59,292 nucleotides of DNA, taken from IMG/VR virus record IMGVR_UViG_3300030708_002074, positions 1 to 59,292 of that record. One strand, given 5' to 3'. A program made the position numbers and the translations under genes. Positions 47,788-54,970 of the stretch are shown here, one piece after another. The DNA comes from a virus (Duplodnaviria > Caudoviricetes). The notes under the pieces were generated by a model. The model searched no databases. It had not been told where the DNA came from and worked only from the letters and a program-made list of their open reading frames with translations. Within the stretch, counting starts at the first letter, position 1. Each line of letters opens with the position of its first letter.

Positions 47788-47886
47788 GTTTTAACATGCT
47801 TGCCTTTGCAAACACAATACCGCCTAGGGTTAACGGGTGTTAACCCTAAGCGGAATGTATCGGAAAGGGTTAACGGGCGTTAACCT
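47788..47886. repeat. Long repeat copy 3 (element A copy 8, 47827-47846) plus element A copy 9 (47867-47886)
   Basis: About 74 bp matching copy 1 with a 1-nt deletion; a second palindrome 20 nt away supplies the TAA stop of 47870-48550. Confidence 0.95.
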
Positions 47887-48550
47887 CAGCATGACCAGCG
47901 GCAAGATAAATCAGATCGTCAATCGCCTTCTTCCGGCCCTTGCCTTTCAACTCGGGCAGGTTCTTCCGAAGGATCTTGAGCGCAAGCTCCACGTTTTCCT
48001 TTGGCGTGTTTGCCTTTGCAGGAGCAGGAGCAGGAGCAGGAGCCGGAACAACCGTGGAAGTCACGACTGCCTTTACCTTGTCCTTGTTGTCTTTGTTTCC
48101 TCCGTTCTGCTTGTAGTCGATTTCAAGATCCTGAGATCGGACCTTGCTCCACGTTGCGTCTGACCCTTTGTCAGCCTTGGTGACCTTGGCACCATGTGCC
48201 TTCAACGCATCCATCGCTCTCTGCCATGCTTTCTTCATCCGATTGGAAATGTCATACTGATCTTTCGGGGTTTTGGCGTGGAATCCAGAATAGTCTACCC
48301 AGATTTTCATTGCGGGCCTGAGCAGGGCGTGCATGCCGGTAGCGGCATACGTTTTCACAACGTGGATAGCGGCCGCATCTTCCATGCTGAACTTCTTTGC
48401 ATACTTGAATGACCTTTCTGCAAAGGATTCAATGGACTTGCTAAGTTTGATGCAGGAGGCTCCAAGTTCCTTGAACTCTTTGGAATCCATGCCAGCAACT
48501 CCAAGTTCCTTGAGAACGGCGATTGCGGTAGTATTGATATGCTTACTCAT
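47870..48550 (-). CDS. Hypothetical Lys/Ala-rich protein with PAPAPAPAPA linker (first early gene)
   Basis: 226 aa; (AACA/AAC)n leader. Confidence 0.7.
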   Translation of the reverse strand: MSKHINTTAIAVLKELGVAGMDSKEFKELGASCIKLSKSIESFAERSFKYAKKFSMEDAAAIHVVKTYAATGMHALLRPAMKIWVDYSGFHAKTPKDQYDISNRMKKAWQRAMDALKAHGAKVTKADKGSDATWSKVRSQDLEIDYKQNGGNKDNKDKVKAVVTSTVVPAPAPAPAPAKANTPKENVELALKILRKNLPELKGKGRKKAIDDLIYLAAGHAEVNAR

Positions 48551-48586
48551 CTTTTTCTGTTGTTTGTTGTTTGTTGTTTGTTGGAT

Positions 48587-48618
48587 GGGGCAGGTTAACG
48601 GGTGTTAACCCTCTCCCC
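48587..48618. repeat. Element A copy 10 (extended hairpin)
   Basis: GGGGCAGGTTAAC-GGGT-GTTAACCCTCTCCCC. Confidence 0.9.
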
Positions 48619-48795
48619 TTCAGTATTAGGAGCGAGCCGACCAGCGGAAACCCCTTGTTTTGTAGGGTAGGGGGGAAGCGGTAAAGGTGGGGCCGATCTA
48701 CAGGGAAAGGGCAATCGGACCATGCGACCGTGCAAAATGGCGTTTGATCGGCCCTATATAGTCCTGCAAAGTATTTTTGGCATAAACCGGATAGG

Positions 48796-48808
48796 TAACC
48801 CATTGATA
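48796..48808 (-). promoter_or_regulatory. IHF-consensus site in the divergent intergenic region
   Basis: TATCAATGGGTTA matches WATCAANNNNTTR exactly. Confidence 0.45.
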
Positions 48809-48926
48809 ATGAGTCAGTTAGCCCATAACTTCAAACAAGATGTGTAATGCAGACTTGCACGCCACGGGGGGGTATGCGCTTTTTGTGCGCGTGCGCGTGT
48901 ACATATATACCTGTCTGTGAAAAAAT

Positions 48927-48954
48927 TTGACAAGTGTTGTTCTGCACGAATAAT
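48927..48954 (+). promoter_or_regulatory. sigma70-type promoter
   Basis: A-tract, then TTGACA-16 nt-AATAAT, 10 nt before ATG 48965. Confidence 0.55.
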
Positions 48955-48964
48955 GCACGCGACC

Positions 48965-49204
48965 ATGGCATCGAAGGAATATTACCGCAAAAATAGAGAA
49001 GCCCGTCTCAAATACCAACGAGATTACTACAAGGCGAACAAGGGGCGAATCGCTAGAAAACGTGAGGTTGCGGAAGCTGTGAACCCAAAACTTAAGGAGA
49101 AGCGTAAAGAATATCAGCGTGCATATTACCGGAAAAACCGTGCGCGTATTCTCAAAATGCGTGCAGAGGATTACGCGAGGAAGAAGTCCGCAAATCCGAA
49201 ATGA
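48965..49204 (+). CDS. Arg/Lys/Tyr-rich helical nucleic-acid-binding protein
   Basis: Repeated YYRKNR and YQR(D/A)YY motifs; start moved to ATG 48965. Confidence 0.65.
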   Translation: MASKEYYRKNREARLKYQRDYYKANKGRIARKREVAEAVNPKLKEKRKEYQRAYYRKNRARILKMRAEDYARKKSANPK

Positions 49205-49275
49205 AAAGTCTCCTAATATATATATATCTCAGTGTTGATCAATACTAGTATATATAGCCCCAGAAAAACTTTTCA
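49202..49275. other. AT-rich nested inverted repeat (candidate origin/cruciform)
   Basis: TGAAAAGT...TATATATAT..AGTGTTGATCAATACT..TATATA...ACTTTTCA. Confidence 0.45.
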
Positions 49276-49284
49276 ACCACGCTC

Positions 49285-49758
49285 ATGCACATCCCAGAAG
49301 GCTTCACCTTGATTCCTAGGACAAAACACTACTACCTCTCTAAAGAGGGCTTCGTTTATAACCTAAAAACACGCAAGCGACTTAAGAAGTCTTTTGACGG
49401 GCATGACATTTGCACATGGGTAGTGGATAGCGATGGGAAGAAGTTTAAGTTCTTTCACAACAAAAAGAATAAGACGCCACTCCCACACTACCCCCTTGAG
49501 CGCGTCATGGAGGAGTGCATGGAAATACCCGATTACCCTGACTACGCGATCAACCCGAGGGGCTTGGTGTGGCGCATCACTCCCCGTGAGAAAGGACCGA
49601 ATGCAGGTCGCATCTACGTTCTGAGTGAACACATATGGCAGGGCAAGGCGCATGTCTGGCTAGTGCATCCCGACAATTCTTTGCTCCGCAAGCGTGTCCG
49701 GCCCTACAATCTGGCCAAGCAAGTCTGGGGGGACGACGCCGATGTGGATGACGAGTAA
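49285..49758 (+). CDS. Protein with two NUMOD4-like motifs and no visible HNH catalytic motif
   Basis: IPRTKHYYLSKEGFVYN...KRLK and IPDYPDYAINPRGLVWR. Confidence 0.6.
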   Translation: MHIPEGFTLIPRTKHYYLSKEGFVYNLKTRKRLKKSFDGHDICTWVVDSDGKKFKFFHNKKNKTPLPHYPLERVMEECMEIPDYPDYAINPRGLVWRITPREKGPNAGRIYVLSEHIWQGKAHVWLVHPDNSLLRKRVRPYNLAKQVWGDDADVDDE

Positions 49759-49760
49759 TT

Positions 49761-49877
49761 ATGGAAAAGCCGCTTACCTTCGTTAAGGCTGTTGCGGTTG
49801 TTGCAATCGCAATGGTCCTTACAGCCCTCGCCATTGAAGCTGCTTTTTACTTCTGCAAGTGTCGATTTTCTCACTAG
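49761..49877 (+). CDS. Putative 38-aa single-TM peptide (not in ORF track)
   Basis: MEKPLTFVKAVAVVAIAMVLTALAIEAAFYFCKCRFSH, 2 nt after the upstream stop. Confidence 0.4.
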   Translation: MEKPLTFVKAVAVVAIAMVLTALAIEAAFYFCKCRFSH

Positions 49878-49915
49878 AAATCTACACATTTGCGTAACGT
49901 GTATACCATGTAGGC

Positions 49916-49962
49916 ACAAAAAACCCCCGCTGCGTATGACAGAACCGCAGCGGGGGTTTGTT
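49916..49962. terminator. Bidirectional intrinsic terminator
   Basis: AAACCCCCGCTGCG...CGCAGCGGGGGTTT with A/T runs on both sides, between convergent ORFs. Confidence 0.8.
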
Positions 49963-50046
49963 CTAGCCCTTGCCCTTACCCTTGCCCCCAGATGGTTTGG
50001 GTTTGGGCATAGGCTTCGATTTTTTTCCTCCCTTGCCGTAAGCCAT
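49963..50046 (-). CDS. 27-aa Gly/Lys/Pro peptide (not in ORF track)
   Basis: MAYGKGGKKSKPMPKPKPSGGKGKGKG; starts 3 nt after the upstream stop and ends at the terminator. Confidence 0.55.
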   Translation of the reverse strand: MAYGKGGKKSKPMPKPKPSGGKGKGKG

Positions 50047-50049
50047 AAC

Positions 50050-50259
50050 TTATTTTGCCCCCTCTTCTTCAGTGGGCACCAAGTCGAGTCCGATGCAGAA
50101 TTTTGGGGGGAGTGGGCGAAGTTCCAGATCCAACTTTGCACTGGTGGCTGGTTCGGTGAACGGGAGTGGGACAGCCCCACCCAGATCAGCCGTGGAGCAT
50201 GACACACCAAACAGGACGCATGGTGTGCTTGCTGCGAATATTTTCCAGAATTTGGTCAT
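50050..50259 (-). CDS. Small lipoprotein
   Basis: Signal MTKFWKIFAASTPCVLFGVSC with a lipobox-like end. Confidence 0.6.
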   Translation of the reverse strand: MTKFWKIFAASTPCVLFGVSCSTADLGGAVPLPFTEPATSAKLDLELRPLPPKFCIGLDLVPTEEEGAK

Positions 50260-50310
50260 AGTCTTTTTTGTATTTTATGCCCCCCGCCATGTCCAGAGAA
50301 ATATACAGAA

Positions 50311-50347
50311 TTGACTAAAGGCTTGGAAAAATGTATTAGCTTATAAT
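50311..50347 (+). promoter_or_regulatory. Candidate promoter for portal
   Basis: TTGACT-17-TATTAG; also TATAAT at 50342. Confidence 0.45.
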
Positions 50348-50348
50348 A

Positions 50349-52610
50349 ATGAGCAGCACCTACGCCATTGATGGCTTAGAACTCGCTTCCTTGGACGATA
50401 AAGGAAAGCCCGTGGAGACGCGCTTGAAAGATGTTAAAAGCGCCCTTTCCATTTTTTCAACCCTGCTAAGATCTGACGAGAAGTCATCTATTAACAGAGC
50501 AAGGATTGATGCCATGTTTGATGGCGCTGCCCCATACGAACAGTCCAGTCTAGTAACCAGTGGGCAAGGGCTTAAAACGAACCTGAATTTTGGCGATGCA
50601 CAACGACTCCTCGATGTGGCTTTGTCTGCTTATGTTGACCTTTATAGTTCTTTGGAGAGACTTGTCCAAGTGCGCGGGACGCAAGGAGAAGCGGCAGAGA
50701 TCAAACCGGCGGAAGAAATAGTAGCTGATGAACTGACGCAGATGATGCGGGCGTGGCCCGAGTTTCATAGTGCGTATCTTCGTTTATGTACAACCTTTAT
50801 TAAGCACGGCGTTTCTGCTGCTTTCTTTGACACACCTGACGATTGGCGTTTCAGGGTTGGCGGCTTCAATGATTTGCTCATCCCCCGACAGACTCCCTCT
50901 AACGAAGAGTGCATCGATGTGGCGGTGGGGCGTAGGCAATACCTGCTGCATGAACTTTACGCCCACATCAAGAATCCTGAAGCCGCCGCCAAGGTTGGCT
51001 GGGATGTCGATGAGGTAAAACGAGTTATTGAGAAAACAGCTTCTACAAATGGGCGGTCTGGGAAAACTGGAACTTACAGCACCCGACAGTTTGAGGAGTT
51101 GCAGCAGGAGATGAAGAACAATGATCTCTACACTGGGATTCAAAACCCGACAGTTTCTGTCCTGCATTTCTGGGTTCGTGAGATGGACGGTAGTGTCAGC
51201 CACTACATTGCTTCGGAGCACTCCCCTAAAGACTTTATGTATAAGAAAGTTAGCCGCTACGCCAGTGTGGAACAGGCTTACATTCTTTTCACCTATGGTG
51301 TCGGCAGTAATGGGACATACCATTCTATCCGTGGCCTAGGCCAACGCATCTTCGCCCACGTTCAGACCAGCAACAGGCTGCGCTGCCAGCAGATCGACGG
51401 AGCGATGCTTGCCTCTGCTGTAATGATCCAGCCTGAGAACCAAAGGTCACTGGACGAACTACAGTTTACCTATTACGGGGCGTATGCTGTGCTTTCTCCG
51501 AACGTAAAAATTGTTGAGAAAGCTATTCCGAACCTCGGCACAGCGGTGCAACCAGCGTTGCAGGATCTTACCAACCAGTTGCAGTTGAACACTGACACGG
51601 TAAGCACGTATGGCCCGAACCAGAGTTCACCATACCGCAACAAGATGCAGGTAGTCGCGGACATGGATGTTACGACCCGCCTTTCTGGAGCGAGCCTTAA
51701 CTTGTTTTATTCAAGTTGGACTAGGCTTTTGCGGGAGATGGTTCGTCGGATTGTCACAACCAAGAAGCCAGATGCTGCTGTAAAAGACTTCTTTGATCGT
51801 TGCGCTGCAAAAGGGGTTTCAAAAGAGTTCATTAAGACCTTGGACCTTGACCGGACCAAGGCTGTCCGCTCCATTGGTAATGGTAGTCACGCCAACCGCA
51901 TGGTTGCCCTCAAAGAACTCCAAGGTATTAGCGGCCAGTTTGATGACGTTGGCAGGCGCAACCTGACAAGAGACATTGTATCCACCCGTGTGGGGCACGA
52001 TCTTGCGGATCGATACGTTCCTTCCGATATCCAGAAGCGACCTACTGTGGATGTTAAGATCGCGTTCTTTGAAAACCAGCAACTTGCATCAGGGCAACCT
52101 GTTCCTGTTGTGGGTAATGAACTACATGGCACACATCTAAGTATTCATGTCCCGGCTCTTAACCAGTTAATAGAACAACTGAATACGGGTGTGGTTGATC
52201 CGATGCAGTCTCTTCCTGCGTTGCAAGCGTTCTACGAGCACATCAGTCAAACAGTTCAACTTGCTGCTGGAGACCCCGCGCTGCAAGATGAAGTTGGTCA
52301 GGCTAATCAAGTGCTCCAGTTTGCTGAAGAGGCTATTAACAACGCAACCAAAGCGGCCCAAAAAATCCAAAGAGACCAGCAACGTGCTGCCCAAGAAGAA
52401 GCTGAGTTTGCTGCTGCCCAAGGACAACCCGCACCCGCTCCTGAACAACCACAGGTCGATACCAAGATGATGGAGCACGAAATAAAAATGCGGATCGCGC
52501 AGGAGAAGGCACAAGTGGACATGGCGATTAAGCAGCAGAAACATGACCAAGAGATGGCTATGCGTGACGCTAAGGCCGCTCTTGAATTCCGCGAGAACAG
52601 TGACATCTGA
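50349..52610 (+). CDS. Portal protein
   Basis: 753 aa, first gene of the head module; RGLGQRI motif and long Gln-rich C-terminal coil as in P22-type portals. Confidence 0.75.
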   Translation: MSSTYAIDGLELASLDDKGKPVETRLKDVKSALSIFSTLLRSDEKSSINRARIDAMFDGAAPYEQSSLVTSGQGLKTNLNFGDAQRLLDVALSAYVDLYSSLERLVQVRGTQGEAAEIKPAEEIVADELTQMMRAWPEFHSAYLRLCTTFIKHGVSAAFFDTPDDWRFRVGGFNDLLIPRQTPSNEECIDVAVGRRQYLLHELYAHIKNPEAAAKVGWDVDEVKRVIEKTASTNGRSGKTGTYSTRQFEELQQEMKNNDLYTGIQNPTVSVLHFWVREMDGSVSHYIASEHSPKDFMYKKVSRYASVEQAYILFTYGVGSNGTYHSIRGLGQRIFAHVQTSNRLRCQQIDGAMLASAVMIQPENQRSLDELQFTYYGAYAVLSPNVKIVEKAIPNLGTAVQPALQDLTNQLQLNTDTVSTYGPNQSSPYRNKMQVVADMDVTTRLSGASLNLFYSSWTRLLREMVRRIVTTKKPDAAVKDFFDRCAAKGVSKEFIKTLDLDRTKAVRSIGNGSHANRMVALKELQGISGQFDDVGRRNLTRDIVSTRVGHDLADRYVPSDIQKRPTVDVKIAFFENQQLASGQPVPVVGNELHGTHLSIHVPALNQLIEQLNTGVVDPMQSLPALQAFYEHISQTVQLAAGDPALQDEVGQANQVLQFAEEAINNATKAAQKIQRDQQRAAQEEAEFAAAQGQPAPAPEQPQVDTKMMEHEIKMRIAQEKAQVDMAIKQQKHDQEMAMRDAKAALEFRENSDI

Positions 52611-52917
52611 AGAACTTTTGGAGCTGCATAAGGAGACTTGCGAGTCTTGTCTCAATATTATGCGTCAGAAAAATTCTGACTACACGGGGGGTAAGAATGC
52701 TACAGATCCGTTCGCAAATTTTAAGTGTAGCAAAGTCCTAGATATACACCCTGTGCATGGCCTGTTGATAAGGGTGATGGATAAGATCAAGCGCATCCAT
52801 TCGTTTGTGAACGACAAAGAGCTACAGGTTTCCAATGAGACTGTAGATGATGCCTGTGAGGACATAATTAACTACGCTATTTTGGCTAAAGCCATGCTCC
52901 GCGAAGAGCGGAAGTAA
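52600..52917 (+). CDS. DUF1599 / Nmad1-like (all-alpha NTP pyrophosphatase fold) protein
   Basis: KNSDY...FANF...IRVMDKIKRI...ETVDDACEDIINYAIL; GTG start 52600. Confidence 0.75.
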   Translation: MTSEELLELHKETCESCLNIMRQKNSDYTGGKNATDPFANFKCSKVLDIHPVHGLLIRVMDKIKRIHSFVNDKELQVSNETVDDACEDIINYAILAKAMLREERK

Positions 52918-52969
52918 TTTTTCCAATATTTCCTTTGTCAGTTCTTCTCTGCTGTGGTATCGAGATGCC

Positions 52970-53143
52970 GTGAGTCTGAAGCGTGGTAGATATAACAAGG
53001 AAAGCTCTAGTGGCTCCAGAGGAGTCTATATGAGGAATCTTTCGACTTCCGTCAATAAAGCCTGTGATGCTTGGTTGAAGAAAAAAGGTGTTGAGGCTCC
53101 GACTTGGACACCGTGGAAGGTGAAAAAAACAAAAGGGGAATGA
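52970..53143 (+). CDS. Hypothetical 57-aa basic protein (not in ORF track)
   Basis: GTG start 6 nt after TTGTCA-17-TATCGA (52935-52963); ATGA overlap with the next gene. Confidence 0.5.
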   Translation: MSLKRGRYNKESSSGSRGVYMRNLSTSVNKACDAWLKKKGVEAPTWTPWKVKKTKGE

Positions 53144-53436
53144 CCAAGCATCCTAAACCTCCCGTCCCCATAGATCGATGGTTTAAGGATTTAGCTTCTG
53201 TTGAATCTTTACGTGATGTCTTAGACAACGCTTCATTTCAACAAGCGGTCGCTATTTTAAAAGAAGTGGCAGGTCCATCGTTTGGCACGTTACAAGACAA
53301 TGACACAAACAGCTTAAGGCACGCTTGGTATGCAGGTTACCGAGATGCGTTCAACGACCTTCAAAAACTAACCAAACTACCAGTAAACGAAAACAAGAAT
53401 ACCCAGCCTAACGAGTGGCTACACATTGATCAATGA
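53140..53436 (+). CDS. Conserved-position small head-module protein
   Basis: Start moved to ATG 53140; lies between portal and scaffold. Confidence 0.6.
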   Translation: MTKHPKPPVPIDRWFKDLASVESLRDVLDNASFQQAVAILKEVAGPSFGTLQDNDTNSLRHAWYAGYRDAFNDLQKLTKLPVNENKNTQPNEWLHIDQ

Positions 53437-54647
53437 GTGAAGAAACAGCAGCAGTAGAAGAAGCACCACAGGTAGAACAGCTACCTGACGCACAGCCAGA
53501 ACCAAGCCAAGATTCTTTCCTTGATGCTCTGGACAATGCTTTTGCCGGTTTAGACGCGGGCGCGGACTCTATCGAGTCCGTCGATGGGGATTCTGGTGAC
53601 CCCGAACCCGAAGCTGCGCCAGAACCTGAAGCAGAGCAAGCGTCTGAGCCGGAACCGGAACCCGAGTCAGAAAAAGAAGAACCAGAAGCAGAAGAGGTTG
53701 ACACAACATTTGACCCAACAAATGATTTAGATGAGTCCCTTGAAGATGGCTGGACCCCGAAAGCAGCAAACAGGTTCAAACAGCTCAAGTCTGAGCTAAA
53801 AGAAACTGCTTCAGAGCTGGAAAAGATCCGGCTTCTTAACGAGCAGAACGAACAAAAAATCAAGGAGCTTGCTGGTTCAACTGAGAGTTCTGACCTTGAA
53901 GCCCTTCAGGAGAAGCTTAAATCTTATGAGCAAGCGGACATGCTCAATAATCTTGAGCAGACTGAAGCATTTCAGAATGCTGTGACCAGACCCCTCACAG
54001 CTCTCCTTGAGCAATCCTCACAGATTGCAGCCAAGTATGACCTTGATGAGAACGAGATTATTGATCTTATCTCTCTTGATGACCAAGATGCACAAGATGA
54101 AAAGATGTCTGAGCTTCTTGAGTCTGCTTCTGATCGAGATAAAGCCACCCTTTATCAGATCATGAACTCAATTAACCCTATTCTTGAGCACAGACAAAAA
54201 TTGTTTGAGAATGCGGAGCAAGCCATGCAAGAAGCTCAATACCTTGACGAGCAAGTTGCGAACCAAAAAGCTGCCGAGCAGATGGAGCTTAGGAAGAATG
54301 CTACACGGAATGTTGTAGAACGTGTTAAGCAAAAGCTCCCATTCTTGGCTGGTATTGAAGGTTTAGATCTAGCAGCGGTAGAGCAAAAAGCTGCCGAGAA
54401 TGACCCATCTGTAGTTCACCCTGTTGATTTTGCCTATAATTCTGTATCAGCTCAGATCCTTCCGTCAGTGGTGCGTGAATACGTTGTCATGCGGAAAGAA
54501 GTTGAAGAGTTGACAGACAGACTTGCTGAATATGAGGGCGCAGAACCTAAGATGTCTGGGGCCTCTCCCGCAGACTCGACTTCTCCGGTTTCTTCAGACG
54601 ACTCATTTATGGACCGTGTGAACAAAGAGCTTGCTGGCATGGGGTAA
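53433..54647 (+). CDS. Capsid scaffolding protein
   Basis: Very acidic, coiled-coil 404-aa protein directly before the capsid gene. Confidence 0.75.
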   Translation: MSEETAAVEEAPQVEQLPDAQPEPSQDSFLDALDNAFAGLDAGADSIESVDGDSGDPEPEAAPEPEAEQASEPEPEPESEKEEPEAEEVDTTFDPTNDLDESLEDGWTPKAANRFKQLKSELKETASELEKIRLLNEQNEQKIKELAGSTESSDLEALQEKLKSYEQADMLNNLEQTEAFQNAVTRPLTALLEQSSQIAAKYDLDENEIIDLISLDDQDAQDEKMSELLESASDRDKATLYQIMNSINPILEHRQKLFENAEQAMQEAQYLDEQVANQKAAEQMELRKNATRNVVERVKQKLPFLAGIEGLDLAAVEQKAAENDPSVVHPVDFAYNSVSAQILPSVVREYVVMRKEVEELTDRLAEYEGAEPKMSGASPADSTSPVSSDDSFMDRVNKELAGMG

Positions 54648-54693
54648 TATAAATCCACAGGCACCCCTCAAGTGAGGGCACCCCATCCTGCAA

Positions 54694-54741
54694 ACCCCCC
54701 TATCGGTTTCTTTGTTTTCCGGTAGGGGGGTGTTCTTTTTT
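54694..54741 (+). terminator. Intrinsic terminator after scaffold
   Basis: ACCCCCCTATCGG...CCGGTAGGGGGGT followed by GTTCTTTTTT. Confidence 0.75.
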
Positions 54742-54746
54742 CATTG

Positions 54747-54775
54747 TTGACATTTTTAATAAAATGCTTAAGTAT
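54747..54775 (+). promoter_or_regulatory. Candidate promoter for the capsid gene
   Basis: TTGACA at 54747; -10 ambiguous (TTAAGT, TAAGTA or AAGTAT). Confidence 0.5.
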
Positions 54776-54780
54776 GGCGG

Positions 54781-54940
54781 CATAAGCGAAGGTTGCTCTA
54801 GCCACAAATAGTTCTACACCGCTTCCCATTGGGCTGAGTTCCAATACACACATAGATTTGATCCGGTTGCTCTAGCCACAAATAGTTCTACGAAAGGTCA
54901 ATCGCCCTACCCTTTTTTAACCTGCCCGATAACAGGGCGC
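54781..54940 (+). ncRNA. Candidate structured 5' leader with a tandem 27-nt motif
   Basis: GGTTGCTCTAGCCACAAATAGTTCTAC at 54791-54817 and 54865-54891, each closed by a different stem. Confidence 0.55.
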
Positions 54941-54970
54941 ATTTCTTTATCTATTTAACACCACAATCAA

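Noticed and set aside
46084-47815. Shared N-terminal extensions MFAKCKHVK/MFAKASML from the ORF track (46131, 46835, 47815)
   Set aside because: These are GTG starts inside the repeat hairpin that read through stop-free A/C leaders. The downstream ATGs fit the leader pattern better. All three are in frame, so ribosome profiling could revisit this.
42867-48618. Element A as a CRISPR array
   Set aside because: Intervals are 20 to about 1400 bp and contain whole genes; there is no regular spacer length and no cas operon.
42867-48618. Element A as canonical integron attC sites
   Set aside because: Only 20 bp, with no L boxes or extrahelical bases, and no tyrosine recombinase seen in the genome. 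Kept only as an analogy.
54791-54891. 27-bp direct repeat as a mini-CRISPR array
   Set aside because: Only two repeats, and the 47-nt interval base-pairs with the outer flanks. It sits in a capsid leader and I saw no CRISPR-like repeat ends. A spacer BLAST would settle it.
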